A stretch of 64,000 bases of DNA from Mariniphaga sp. (GTDB taxonomy: Bacteria; Bacteroidota; Bacteroidia; Bacteroidales; Prolixibacteraceae): positions 7,122 to 71,121 of the forward strand of contig JAGXGA010000022.1 of NCBI GenBank assembly GCA_024636975.1. Direction: 5' to 3'. The notes under the pieces were generated by a model. The model did not search any database. It worked only from the letters and a program-made list of their open reading frames with translations, and was not told the origin of the DNA. Numbering within the stretch: the stretch's first letter is position 1; each line of letters starts with the position of its first letter. A program made the translations under genes and the position numbers. Below are positions 9,919 through 20,318 of this stretch, one piece after another.

Positions 9919-11028
9919 TTAAACATTTGGAATGGTTAAGGTCACTACAAGATTATCATTTGAATTTAGCATCATATTTTTAACCCTGTAGAAGACTTTA
10001 AGTTCACTCATTGATGAAACTTCATCTGAATTGCCGCTTAATTCTATCACGGTAACCCTGTGAGCTTTTACTACGAGAGAAGAAGTGGCATCAAAACCAA
10101 CACCAGGTTGCACAAGTTCCAGCTCATAATCGACATCCGAGCGGTTTAACAATTCAATTTTCCGGGTTTCACCATTTCTCAGCAGGCCCGGTGAAGGAGT
10201 TATTTGAAGGGAAGCAAAAAACAAAGGTTCCATCAAACCGGCCCTTCCCACCAGTGTATTGTTGAAATATGCAACCGTTCGTCTGCTGAATAAGGCTTCT
10301 CTTATTCCCCCTTCGGTCCGGCTTTTAGAAAAAACAAGTGTCATAGGCCTGTGCTCACCGGCAACATTATAATCCATGCCAATGGGTTCATGGATGTCGG
10401 TATTTGCCAAAATTGTCAACTTTTTATCCCTGGCCCAGTCAATGGCTTCCGGATAAAATTCGTTGTAATTAAAAACCTCAATACCATGTAACATATTGTT
10501 GTTTAACAGCCGTGTATGCTCATTCCACCATAGTGTAGTGTCGGGCTGCTGCGCTTTCCATCCCGGATGATTCCAGGTGATAAACGCACCCTGATCACGT
10601 GCTTCCCGGAGGGCATCAAACACATCTTCACGGTCGAGTAAATTGGCATTGCGGATAAAAAGGGCATTAAAATGGCCGGGAGGCATATTTCTGGTGATTT
10701 CAGCTCCTTTTATAAGCAGGACATTAAGGCTTTTAGCCAGAGGTTCAGCAATATCAAAAGAACGGTTATGGTCAGCTTCAACATCTTTTGAATGAGGCCG
10801 GTACTCGATATGATCGGTGATCGAAATCCCATCGAGTCCTTCTCTCCAGGCTTCTTCTACCCGTACTGTGGGCCATACAGTGCCATCCGAGAAAATTGTG
10901 TGCATATGAAAATCGCACTTTAACGTGATATATCCTGGTATGTCAGGAATCCGGATAATTTTTCTTGACTGTCCGGATGAATTAAAAAACAAGAGGAATA
11001 GAATAAAAGAAATGATCAACGGGCGCAT
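9919..11028 (-). CDS. Secreted PHP-domain phosphoesterase
   Basis: HMHTIFSDG and ITDH are PHP metal motifs, preceded by a signal peptide. I prefer the ATG at 11028 over the TTG at 11034 used by the track. Confidence 0.65.
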   Translation of the reverse strand: MRPLIISFILFLLFFNSSGQSRKIIRIPDIPGYITLKCDFHMHTIFSDGTVWPTVRVEEAWREGLDGISITDHIEYRPHSKDVEADHNRSFDIAEPLAKSLNVLLIKGAEITRNMPPGHFNALFIRNANLLDREDVFDALREARDQGAFITWNHPGWKAQQPDTTLWWNEHTRLLNNNMLHGIEVFNYNEFYPEAIDWARDKKLTILANTDIHEPIGMDYNVAGEHRPMTLVFSKSRTEGGIREALFSRRTVAYFNNTLVGRAGLMEPLFFASLQITPSPGLLRNGETRKIELLNRSDVDYELELVQPGVGFDATSSLVVKAHRVTVIELSGNSDEVSSMSELKVFYRVKNMMLNSNDNLVVTLTIPNV

Positions 11029-11228
11029 AAACAAACAGTTTTAAACCATAATAAACAGGAGCATAAATATCAGGTTTTTTTATAAAACAGGCCACAAATC
11101 CAATAATTAAAATGCATAACCTTTAAAAACAATCTGTAAATGAATTTAAAATATCTTTTTAATATTTTTAAAAAGGCATTGCTTCGAATCAAATTTTTTA
11201 CAATCTTTGTTAGAAGAAACATCTTTCA

Positions 11229-12446
11229 ATGGAGAAGCTTTTCAGAAATAGCAGGAATCAGAGTCATGGAGTAGAGCAAAAGAAAATTTTGTATAAGAAA
11301 CAGATATTGAAGACCTTTTATTTTCATGGCTCCATGTCGAACAGCAAGTTATCGGGAATAATTAAACTCAGTACCCCTAAAATTAACAGTCTTTTGGTAG
11401 AGCTTATCGATGAAGGTCTTGTAAAAGAACTGGGCAGGGGAGATTCCAGCGGAGGGCGGCGGCCGAATATGTATGATTTGGTTGAAGACAGCTTTTATGT
11501 GGTGGGCATTACCATCAATGTAAACCGGACCATAATTTCAATATTCAACAGCAACAACAAGATGGTGGATGAAAACCGGTTCTTTCAGATAAAAATGCAA
11601 CCTGATTTTGATATTTTTCTTCAGGTAAATGATGAACTTGAAACGATGCTTCATAAGCATCAGATCCTAAAAGAAAAAGTGCTTGCAGTAGGAATTGAAC
11701 TGCCCGGATTAATAAACCAGAAGCAGGATGTCAATAAAACTTATTTTCCGGAAATTGAAAACCTGTCGGGTAAGTTGAGGGAGGTGTTTGGGCTACCGGT
11801 AGTTATAAGTCATGATGCCAAACTGCGGGCATTTGCCGAGCAGCATTTTGGTCTCGCAAAGAATAAAAAAAATGTGTTGTTGCTTCAGGTAGACTGGGGG
11901 CTGGGGCTCGGAATTATAATAAATGGAAAACTTTATACAGGCAAGTCGGGTTATTCAGGAGAGTTTGGTCATTTGCCCATAGTTGATAACGGCGTTCTGT
12001 GCACTTGCGGTAAACAAGGCTGTCTGGAAACCATTGTTTCTGCCAATGCAATAGCCCGCATGGCCATACAGGGTATAAAGGCTGGAAATTCTTCAATGAT
12101 AAAGGAACTGGTTCAGGATGATCCGGACAAAATCGATATTTCAGTTATAATTGAAGCAGCCAAACGGGGCGATCAGTTTGCCATCTCGATGTTTAATGAA
12201 GCTGCCCATTGGCTCGGGAAAGGAATTGTTTACCTCATACAGATTTTTAATCCGGAGCTTATAGTGATAGGAGGCAGGGTATCTGAGGCCAGTGAACTTA
12301 TTACAGCTCCCATTCAGCAGGCTATCAATACCTTTAGTAACCGGGATATAAGCAACGATACGGTAATTAAATTTTCAGAACTGGGACTAAAGGCAGGACC
12401 AATGGGGGCAGCGGCCTATGCTATTGACAGGATTGCTTCTGCATGA
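11229..12446 (+). CDS. ROK-family transcriptional regulator (NagC/Mlc-like)
   Basis: An N-terminal wHTH region is followed by the ROK sugar-kinase fold with GEFGHLPIVDNGVLCTCGKQGCLE. Confidence 0.75.
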   Translation: MEKLFRNSRNQSHGVEQKKILYKKQILKTFYFHGSMSNSKLSGIIKLSTPKINSLLVELIDEGLVKELGRGDSSGGRRPNMYDLVEDSFYVVGITINVNRTIISIFNSNNKMVDENRFFQIKMQPDFDIFLQVNDELETMLHKHQILKEKVLAVGIELPGLINQKQDVNKTYFPEIENLSGKLREVFGLPVVISHDAKLRAFAEQHFGLAKNKKNVLLLQVDWGLGLGIIINGKLYTGKSGYSGEFGHLPIVDNGVLCTCGKQGCLETIVSANAIARMAIQGIKAGNSSMIKELVQDDPDKIDISVIIEAAKRGDQFAISMFNEAAHWLGKGIVYLIQIFNPELIVIGGRVSEASELITAPIQQAINTFSNRDISNDTVIKFSELGLKAGPMGAAAYAIDRIASA

Positions 12447-12475
12447 ACAGAGGTTGAAATTTAAAAATTTACAGA

Positions 12476-14794
12476 ATGAAATTAAATTTTTCGACAGTAG
12501 AAAAAGCATTTTTTAATGAATCGAAGCTGCAGAACATTTCTACTCGTATGCCTTATATTGCAGTGGATAGTTTTCCAAAACTCGGATTGCTTTCCGCTCT
12601 GAGTTTTCTGGAATGGGCGGGTGAAAATCCAAATGGTGTTGTATGTCTTCCAACTGGAAAAACGGCACAATACTTTTTGCAGTTTACCAATCTTTTACTT
12701 TCAGAATGGGATACTGATAAAGGTGCTGATTTAAGAAAAAAATACAATCTGAGAGGAGCTAAACCCTCTTTAAATGAGCTGCAATTAGTGCAAATGGGCG
12801 ATTTTTATCCGATAAGTTCCTCGCAGCACAACAGTCTGCATAATTTTATTTTAAAAAACTATATTGAGAAGCTTGGATTTAATCTTCACAAAGCACTGCT
12901 TATTAATTCCGATAAAATAGAACTGGCCGAAGGAAGGCATTTCAGTGAAGTATTTCCCGATTTCCAGATCGATTTGAGTCTCCGTTACAGGGAAGCCAAA
13001 AACCGGCAGGAACAAATTCAGCAGCAATCGATATTTAAGATCGATCAATGGTGTACTGAATACGAAAATCAAATACGTGATAAAGGAGGTATTGGATATT
13101 TCCTGGGAGGAATAGGACCCGATGGCCACATCGCTTTCAATACGCGCGGGTCGGATCACTTTTCTTCCACTCGACTTACCACAACAAATTTTGAAACACA
13201 AGCCGTTACTGCTACCGATTTAGGCGGCATTGAAGTGTCGAGAAAACGTCTGGTAATTACTATAGGCCTGGGAACTATCGGTTTTAATCCGGAAAACAAG
13301 GCCATTATTTACGCTGCCGGTGAAGCCATCGCCGATACCATAAAATATTCACTTGAAAGTGAACCGACAGTTATATACCCGGCTACTTCACTGCATAAAT
13401 TAAAGAACAGCCGCTTTTATCTGACCGACGGCGCTTCGGTGAGCCTTGAAGATGCCGTTGATTACTTTTACAACAATGGACCCTGGACACATAAAAAGAC
13501 CGAACGGGCCGTTATTGAACTCTGTAAGAAAATCAACAAGTTTGGTGGGAAACTGGAATTGAATGACTTAAAAGAAGATAAGTATTGTAGCCGGATACCC
13601 GGATTAAATGAGAATACAGTTCAGTCGGTAATTGATTCGATCCTGGTAAAAATGCAAAGGGGGATGCAAGGGGAAACTAACCAGATATATTATCATACCG
13701 GACCGCATCACGACGATATTATGCTGGGAATTATGCCTCTCACAAACCGCCAGTCGCGTGACTCCACAAATGAACTGCACTTTTCAGTATTGACTTCAGG
13801 ATATACCGCTGTTACCAACAGTTTTCTGCTTGATTTATTGATTGATACAAGAGACCTGATAAGCATGGGGCATCTTGAGATGATAAATTATCCCGATTTT
13901 TTTGAGAATGGCTACAAATACAAGTGGGATAAGGATATTTATCATTATCTTGACAATATAGCTGCCCAAAATCCTGAAGAAAAGCGGCGGGGTGTATGTC
14001 ACCGCCTGATTCGTGCCCTGGTGCTGATATGGGAAATTGAAAACAAAAACACCCTTCTGGAGGTTATTGATGAAGTAGTGGCATCGCTTCAGAGCAGCTA
14101 CGGCGGAAGCATAAATCCACCAAAGGTTCAGAAGCTAAAGGGCATGATACGGGAATTTGAAGAAGAACTGGTTTGGGCTCACTATGGGATTATGGTGAAA
14201 AATGTACATCACCTGAGGTTGGGGTTCTACCAGGAAAACTTAACGGGAGGTAAGCCCGACATGGAGAAGGATGTTCTTCCCATACTGGAGGACTTCAGAA
14301 AGTATAAGCCCACTGTGATTAGCCTGGCAATGGATCCGCAAGGCAGTGGTCCCGACACACACTATAAGGTGTTACAGGCAATAGCCCGGGCAGTTGAAGA
14401 ATGGAATAAGGAAGAAGATTTAAGCAACCTCCGCATTGTGGGATACCGTAATGTGTGGTTTAAATACAACCCATGGGACGTGGAAGTAATTGTGCCGGTT
14501 TCATTAAATGCCCTGGCTACCTTGAATAAATCGTTTGCAGAGTGCTATGTAACCCAGGTAAATGCATCATTTCCCAGTTATCAGCACGATGGAATGTTTA
14601 GTGAACTTACTCAGCGTAACTGGTTTGAACAGCACAAGCAAATACAGTTTTTGCTCGGAAAAAACTTTTTCTACGAAAACAGTTCACCTCTCCTTAGAGC
14701 AACTCATGGAATGGTGTACCTGCGCGAACTGAATGTGCAGCAATTTATAGAAGAAGCCTCAAAATTGGGAAAATCGATGGAAGGAATTTTATAA
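12476..14794 (+). CDS. Long glucosamine-6-phosphate deaminase/isomerase-like protein fused to a LmbE/PIG-L-like deacetylase domain
   Basis: The N-terminal half resembles NagB/6-phosphogluconolactonase ([18 protein letters not shown]). The C-terminal half carries [12 protein letters not shown], a PIG-L/LmbE-type motif. Confidence 0.65.
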   Translation: MKLNFSTVEKAFFNESKLQNISTRMPYIAVDSFPKLGLLSALSFLEWAGENPNGVVCLPTGKTAQYFLQFTNLLLSEWDTDKGADLRKKYNLRGAKPSLNELQLVQMGDFYPISSSQHNSLHNFILKNYIEKLGFNLHKALLINSDKIELAEGRHFSEVFPDFQIDLSLRYREAKNRQEQIQQQSIFKIDQWCTEYENQIRDKGGIGYFLGGIGPDGHIAFNTRGSDHFSSTRLTTTNFETQAVTATDLGGIEVSRKRLVITIGLGTIGFNPENKAIIYAAGEAIADTIKYSLESEPTVIYPATSLHKLKNSRFYLTDGASVSLEDAVDYFYNNGPWTHKKTERAVIELCKKINKFGGKLELNDLKEDKYCSRIPGLNENTVQSVIDSILVKMQRGMQGETNQIYYHTGPHHDDIMLGIMPLTNRQSRDSTNELHFSVLTSGYTAVTNSFLLDLLIDTRDLISMGHLEMINYPDFFENGYKYKWDKDIYHYLDNIAAQNPEEKRRGVCHRLIRALVLIWEIENKNTLLEVIDEVVASLQSSYGGSINPPKVQKLKGMIREFEEELVWAHYGIMVKNVHHLRLGFYQENLTGGKPDMEKDVLPILEDFRKYKPTVISLAMDPQGSGPDTHYKVLQAIARAVEEWNKEEDLSNLRIVGYRNVWFKYNPWDVEVIVPVSLNALATLNKSFAECYVTQVNASFPSYQHDGMFSELTQRNWFEQHKQIQFLLGKNFFYENSSPLLRATHGMVYLRELNVQQFIEEASKLGKSMEGIL

Positions 14795-14810
14795 AATAAA
14801 ATGCAAGATT

Positions 14811-15590
14811 ATGGAATTGGTAATATACAAAACATACGATGAGATAAGCCGGTGGACAGCAGAACATATTGCAAACCGGATCAACGATTTCAATCCTTCA
14901 AAAAGCCGGCCTTTCGTTCTTGGATTGCCAACGGGCTCATCTCCTGAAGGAACCTATCGCGAACTGGTGAATTTACACCGTGAAGGTAAAGTATCGTTCG
15001 AACACGTGGTAACTTTTAACATGGATGAATATGTTGGACTGCCTGAAGATCATCCGCAAAGCTACCATTCATTTATGAAGACCCATTTTTTTGATCATGT
15101 CAATGTCAAAAAAGGCAACATACATATTCCCAATGGCAATGCCCCGGGTCTGGAGAAAGAGTGCCAGGACTACGAAGAAAAAATAAGGAATTATGGGGGT
15201 ATTCAGTTGTTTTTGGGTGGAATGGGTGCCGACGGCCATATTGCGTTCAATGTTCCGGGGTCTTCATTGAGCTCGCGGACACGGGTTATTAATTTAAACT
15301 TCGAAACCATTCTGGCAAATTCCCGCTTTTTTGGCAACAATGTGAAAAAGGTTCCCAAGCAAGCCATTACTGTTGGAGTGCAAACTGTATTCGATGCACG
15401 TGAGGTAGTGGTAATTGTAAATGGGTACAAAAAGGCACGTGCGCTTAAAAAAGTTGTTGAAGAAGGCATCAGCCACATGTGGACCTTGTCGGCGCTGCAA
15501 ATGCACCCTCACGGAATAATTGTTTGCGATGAGGAATCAACAATGGAATTAAAGGTGGGAACTGTTAAATACTTTACCAATAACAGGTAG
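14811..15590 (+). CDS. nagB: Glucosamine-6-phosphate deaminase
   Basis: [17 protein letters not shown] and [12 protein letters not shown] are canonical NagB motifs, and the 259-aa length fits. Confidence 0.9.
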   Translation: MELVIYKTYDEISRWTAEHIANRINDFNPSKSRPFVLGLPTGSSPEGTYRELVNLHREGKVSFEHVVTFNMDEYVGLPEDHPQSYHSFMKTHFFDHVNVKKGNIHIPNGNAPGLEKECQDYEEKIRNYGGIQLFLGGMGADGHIAFNVPGSSLSSRTRVINLNFETILANSRFFGNNVKKVPKQAITVGVQTVFDAREVVVIVNGYKKARALKKVVEEGISHMWTLSALQMHPHGIIVCDEESTMELKVGTVKYFTNNR

Positions 15591-15593
15591 CTA

Positions 15594-15785
15594 TTATAAC
15601 GACTGCCTGCTCATGGGTTTTTTAGGCTTTATTTCCACCTCCTGGCGGCATAAAGGGCAATAGTAAATTTCACATCCGGTACATGCAAAGCAGTTGCTGC
15701 ATACACGTTCGGCATCCAGGTTCGAAAAATCAAAACCGCATGCTGTGCAGGTGTAATATTTTTCTTTTTTGCCTCCTCCAAGCAT
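15594..15785 (-). CDS. 63-aa cysteine-rich (four CxxC pairs) zinc-ribbon-like protein, translationally coupled to the metal ABC permease
   Basis: The sequence is MLGGGKKEKYYTCTACGFDFSNLDAERVCSNCFACTGCEIYYCPLCRQEVE. Its ATG overlaps the TAA of the upstream permease by 1 nt. Confidence 0.45.
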   Translation of the reverse strand: MLGGGKKEKYYTCTACGFDFSNLDAERVCSNCFACTGCEIYYCPLCRQEVEIKPKKPMSRQSL

Positions 15786-16594
15786 TAAAAGAAGGTTTTA
15801 TATAATTTAAGCAGCCCAAACATAACAACTAAAGTAAATATGATGGTTGCCCCCGAAGGAATATCCATAAAATAGGATATGAACAATCCGATAAGAGTTC
15901 CCAGGAATGCAATAACCGACGACAGGATCAGCAGATTCTTAAAATCCTTTGTAAACAAATTGGCTGTTGCCTGCGGAATTGTTAAAAGCGACAGGATGAG
16001 GATGATGCCTACCACGCGAATGTTTAACACTACTGTCAAAGCAACAAGGGTAATGGTAAGGTAATTGAATAGGTTGACCGGCAAACCTGCCGCACGGGCA
16101 AATTCTTCGTCGAAAGCAATGTAAAGAATTTTCCTGTAGAAAAGTGAAAAGGTGAGTATAACAACCACATTCAGGATAAACATCCACCACAATTCAGCAA
16201 TACTCACTGTTAATATATTTCCGAACAGGTAACTCATCAGATTGGGTGTATACCCCGGAGTCATCCATACGAAAATTATTCCCAGTGCCATACCAAGCGA
16301 CCAGAAAATGGCAATTGATGAATCTTCGCGAACACGTGCCACTTTAGTGAAAAACTGAATGCCCAAAGCCGATCCCACTGCAAAGGCTACAGCTCCGATA
16401 AGGGGATTGAACCCTAACAAAAAAGCCAGCCCAATTCCTCCAAAAGAGGCATGTGTTATCCCGCCACTGATAAAAACTATGCGCCGTGAAACGATATAGC
16501 TTCCTACAATACCACATGATATACTGGCAAAAATGGCTGCAAGAAATGCCTTCTGGAAAAAATCGTAGGAAAACAGTTCAAAAAAGTTGTTCAT
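15785..16594 (-). CDS. Metal (Zn/Mn) ABC transporter permease
   Basis: It is a ZnuB/MntB-like multi-TM protein positioned in an operon with the ATPase and the substrate-binding protein. Confidence 0.85.
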   Translation of the reverse strand: MNNFFELFSYDFFQKAFLAAIFASISCGIVGSYIVSRRIVFISGGITHASFGGIGLAFLLGFNPLIGAVAFAVGSALGIQFFTKVARVREDSSIAIFWSLGMALGIIFVWMTPGYTPNLMSYLFGNILTVSIAELWWMFILNVVVILTFSLFYRKILYIAFDEEFARAAGLPVNLFNYLTITLVALTVVLNIRVVGIILILSLLTIPQATANLFTKDFKNLLILSSVIAFLGTLIGLFISYFMDIPSGATIIFTLVVMFGLLKLYKTFF

Positions 16595-16595
16595 C

Positions 16596-17342
16596 TCAGT
16601 TATGTCGTTTTAATACCGTATGCGGAATTTCACCGTGAGAAATCAATTTAATTGGGCAATTGTATCCATTAAGCTGTTCCTGGGTTATCATGTTGTCGGG
16701 ATGGTAATGCAGTTCACCGTTCACGCAGGCAATCGTTTTTACATAGCTCGATATGGTACCCACATCATGAGAGACAAGGACAATAGCCATGTGCTTATTA
16801 AGGTACCTCAGCCTTTCGTACAATTCTCCCTCGAACCGGTTATCCACAAATGTATCGGGTTCATCGAGCAGAAGGATTTTAGGATCACTGAGCAGGGCGC
16901 GGCATAAAAACACCCGCTGCATTTGTCCGCCCGATAATTCACCAATTGCTTTATTCCTGATGTTGGCTACTCCCATTTCATTTAAAAGGTTTTCTACCTT
17001 CTGTTTTACGTCTGAGGAATTCTTTTTCACAGCGCTTGCCATAAGAGACCCTGAACGCACAACATCGTAAACAGTAATAGGAAAATTTTTATCGATATGC
17101 TTTACCTGGGGTAAATAACCTATGGGTTTCTTTCTATTGTTGATGTCGGAGCGGAATATTAATCTGCCTTCCATGGGATTCAGCAATCCCAGTATAATTT
17201 TAAGCAAAGTGGTTTTGCCTCCTCCGTTGGGACCAATAACGCCAAGAAAGTCGTTCTCAAACACCTCAAGGTTTACATCCCATAAAACCGGTGTTTTATC
17301 GTAACCGGCCGAAAGGTTTTCTATTTTTATGAGTGCATCCAT
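16596..17342 (-). CDS. Metal (Zn/Mn) ABC transporter ATP-binding protein
   Basis: It has Walker A GPNGGGKTT, the signature LSGGQMQR and Walker B LLLDEP. Confidence 0.85.
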   Translation of the reverse strand: MDALIKIENLSAGYDKTPVLWDVNLEVFENDFLGVIGPNGGGKTTLLKIILGLLNPMEGRLIFRSDINNRKKPIGYLPQVKHIDKNFPITVYDVVRSGSLMASAVKKNSSDVKQKVENLLNEMGVANIRNKAIGELSGGQMQRVFLCRALLSDPKILLLDEPDTFVDNRFEGELYERLRYLNKHMAIVLVSHDVGTISSYVKTIACVNGELHYHPDNMITQEQLNGYNCPIKLISHGEIPHTVLKRHN

Positions 17343-18217
17343 TAAAAGTTATCTATAAAAAGTTGGGTGATACCCATCAAATTCTCTTCCCATTCCGGAT
17401 TTAGTGGCCAGACTTCCACAACTGTTCCATCTATTTCTTCGGCAAACACGCGGGCATGGTCACGGTCAAATTCGCTTTGAATATATATAACATCTATTTT
17501 TTCCTTCCTCGCCAGCTCAACCATTTTTGCCATATGTTGAGCTGTGGGCTCCTTGCCACCCGATTCAAGCGGATATTGAACCAGGTTGTAATCGCGGGCA
17601 TAATACGACAGGCTTGGATGAAAAGTAACAAATGCCCTTCCCTGATGATCTTTTAAAGCGTTCCGGATTTCTGCATCGAGCTGATCAATTTCCTTAACAA
17701 ACTTCTGATAGTTTGTTCTGTATTCGTCACTCTTTTCAGGAATTAACGCCGATAGCTCTTCAGTTATTTCTGCAGCCATTTGTTTTACCAGTTTGGGCGA
17801 CAACCAGATGTGGGGATCAACCCCTTCCACATGAACATGATCGCCATGTTGCACTTCTTCTCCTACAATAAGGTCTAACCCTTCAGAAAGGTTTACAACT
17901 TTCATGTCCCGGTTAATCTGTTCTATTTTTTCTCTCCACGACAATTCAAAACCAATGTAGCCCATCCGGAACCACACTTCAGAACGTGATATCTCTTTCA
18001 GTTGCGATGGCAATAATGAATAGGATTCAGGACTTGCTCCATGGGGTACCAGTACCTGGATTTTGAAATCATCACCTGCAATTTTTTCGACAAATGTTTT
18101 CTGCGGTAAAATGCTTACAGTAACAACAGGTTTTTCCTGTTCATCAGTCTGCTTGCTATTGGATGTGCAGGAAAAAAGGATAAAAGTTATAGAAATCAAC
18201 AAAAGAATTTTACTCAT
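17342..18217 (-). CDS. Metal (Zn/Mn) ABC transporter substrate-binding lipoprotein (ZnuA/TroA family)
   Basis: It has the lipoprotein signal LFSC and a cluster A-I fold. The His-rich loop QHGDHVHVEGVDPHIW is present. Confidence 0.85.
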   Translation of the reverse strand: MSKILLLISITFILFSCTSNSKQTDEQEKPVVTVSILPQKTFVEKIAGDDFKIQVLVPHGASPESYSLLPSQLKEISRSEVWFRMGYIGFELSWREKIEQINRDMKVVNLSEGLDLIVGEEVQHGDHVHVEGVDPHIWLSPKLVKQMAAEITEELSALIPEKSDEYRTNYQKFVKEIDQLDAEIRNALKDHQGRAFVTFHPSLSYYARDYNLVQYPLESGGKEPTAQHMAKMVELARKEKIDVIYIQSEFDRDHARVFAEEIDGTVVEVWPLNPEWEENLMGITQLFIDNF

Positions 18218-18320
18218 TTTTTTAGTTTTTTATTACTACAAAAGTCTTTGTTTGTTACCCGGCTTAAAATAGTATTCAAAACGGGTAAGAATATTATGCT
18301 ACAAAATTAAACTTATAGTT

Positions 18321-18590
18321 TCAATTATTATACTTTTTTATCTTTTTTGGCGGCACCGGATCATATCCCTGCGTTCCCCAGGGATGGCACCTAAGGATTC
18401 TGCGGGTAGCCAACCAAAATCCTTTAAATGGTCCGTGAATTTTTAAAGCTTGCACCGCATATTCCGAACAGGTAGGGTGGTGCCTGCAGGTTGCAGGAGT
18501 GAAAGGCGATATAGCAAATTTGTAAAAATATACCGGCACCAGCAATATCCAGCTCAAACCTGTTTTTATGTATTTCCAGATGGTATTCAT
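18321..18590 (-). CDS. yidD: Membrane protein insertion efficiency factor YidD
   Basis: [37 protein letters not shown] is the YidD signature. Confidence 0.85.
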   Translation of the reverse strand: MNTIWKYIKTGLSWILLVPVYFYKFAISPFTPATCRHHPTCSEYAVQALKIHGPFKGFWLATRRILRCHPWGTQGYDPVPPKKIKKYNN

Positions 18591-18907
18591 CTTTTGTTTA
18601 TACTTTCTTATTTAGTAGAATTCATAATATATCCATTTTGTTGTGTCTGATTACCAATATTGGTTCCAAAAGTTACAGAAATTCTGAAAGAATTGCCAAA
18701 ATTTTTTAAATTTGTCTTTCCAGATTTGTAATTATTTAAAAACTGAAAATTCAGGTAAAACCTCAAAAAATGGAACAAATAAATAACAATTCGACAGTTA
18801 ATCTGGCTGTAATTGGTAACATATTTTTCATTCCTCGTTCCGTAAACATTTTTAAACTTTAAAAAACCTTATAAAATAAGTAATAAATCAATTAAATTTT
18901 AATAAAT

Positions 18908-19888
18908 ATGATGAAAAGAGTAGCAATTGGGGTTGATATAGGCGGAACCAATACTGCAATAGGAGTAGTTGATCCCGAAGGGAATGTAATGGTAAAAGAT
19001 AATATTCCAACTCCCGCACATGGCGATATAAAACGATACATTGCTGATCTGGCAACAGCCATCAATGAAGTTATCCGTTCGGTAAAGTTATTAAACCAGG
19101 ATCTGGAAATCCTTGGAATAGGTATCGGAGCGCCAAACGGAAATTATTACAGTGGCACAATTGAATATGCACCAAACCTTTCGTTTAAAGGTGTGGTTCA
19201 TTTGGTAGAATTGCTCAGGGAACATTTCCCCAAAATGGAAGCGCTGGCCTTAACCAACGATGCAAATGCTGCTGCAATTGGCGAGATGATTTATGGCGGT
19301 GCAAAAGATATGAAGAATTTTGTGATGTTCACTCTTGGAACCGGCGTTGGCAGTGGTATCATCGTTAATGGAGACCTGGTATACGGGCACGATGGTTTTG
19401 CAGGAGAATGCGGCCATACTACACTGGTGCCTGGTGGCCGCAGATGTGGTTGCGGTGCTCTTGGCCATCTCGAAGCCTACTGCTCTGCTCCCGGGATGAA
19501 ACGGACTGCGTTTGAACTCATGGCCCAATACAATGCCAACGACAGTTTGCTGGCCATTTACTCTTACAACGAGCTCGACTCGAAAATGATTTACGATGCA
19601 GCAGTTAAAGACGATAAAATTGCCCTTGAGGTTTTTGAAAAAACAGGTGCATGGCTCGGACAGGGTCTGGCCGATACGGTTCATCATCTGAGCCCCGAAG
19701 CAGTGTTCCTTTTTGGTGGACCAACTGCTGCCGGTGATTTCATTTTCAACCCAACCAAGGAACATATGGAGAAACACCTTCTTCCTATTTTTAAAGATAA
19801 AATTAAAATCCTTCCTTCGAAACTTAAGCCTGGCGATGCTGCTATTGTAGGAGCAAGCGCATTGGTGTGGAAGGAACTGGAAAAATAA
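18908..19888 (+). CDS. ROK-family glucokinase
   Basis: It has IGVDIGGTNTAIG, GECGHTTLVPGGRRCGCGALGHLE and no HTH domain. Confidence 0.8.
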   Translation: MMKRVAIGVDIGGTNTAIGVVDPEGNVMVKDNIPTPAHGDIKRYIADLATAINEVIRSVKLLNQDLEILGIGIGAPNGNYYSGTIEYAPNLSFKGVVHLVELLREHFPKMEALALTNDANAAAIGEMIYGGAKDMKNFVMFTLGTGVGSGIIVNGDLVYGHDGFAGECGHTTLVPGGRRCGCGALGHLEAYCSAPGMKRTAFELMAQYNANDSLLAIYSYNELDSKMIYDAAVKDDKIALEVFEKTGAWLGQGLADTVHHLSPEAVFLFGGPTAAGDFIFNPTKEHMEKHLLPIFKDKIKILPSKLKPGDAAIVGASALVWKELEK

Positions 19889-19913
19889 CCCAGGGTTAAA
19901 TCCTATAGAAAAG

Positions 19914-19950
19914 CCGCCTTAAACTTCTTGTTTGAGGCGGTTTTTATTTT
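19914..19950 (+). terminator. Intrinsic terminator after the glucokinase gene
   Basis: The stem ccgcct (19914-19919) pairs with aggcgg (19935-19940), followed by tttttatttt. Confidence 0.55.
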
Positions 19951-20037
19951 ATTATCCATTTGAAAGTAATCCCGTATAACAAGGTATCGCCTTAAATGGT
20001 CCGGTCTTAATTCAGTATTAAGTCATACTTAACTCAA

Positions 20038-20120
20038 TGTTAATTCAATTGTTATCGAATTTATATTGAGTTAACATTGAGTTTATATTGAGTTTACATT
20101 GAGTTTAATCAGGAGAAGGT
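20038..20120. repeat. AT-rich ~11-bp phased micro-repeat block (attgagtttaY x4) with an upstream inverted copy
   Basis: The block reads cttaactcaatgttaa ... tattgagttaac attgagtttat attgagtttac attgagtttaatc. Confidence 0.6.
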
Positions 20121-20318
20121 CCCTGCAAGGAAAGGATGAAAAGAGACAATGGGTTATAAAAACTATAGTTGAAAATTAAGTATAGGCATGCCTTAAAATA
20201 AGGTAATAGAAGGCTATAAACCGAAGGAAAGGATATATTTTATGCAACGGGCAGGGTATTGTATCCCAAACTTTTAGATATATTTTTTGTTGTGAATGAA
20301 AAGAATTATTTTTAGAAA

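Noticed and set aside
20038-20120. Possible CRISPR array at the tandem repeats (also 49911-50000 and 61490-61566)
   Set aside because: The units are only 7-11 bp and directly abut one another with no spacers. There are no cas genes in the window.
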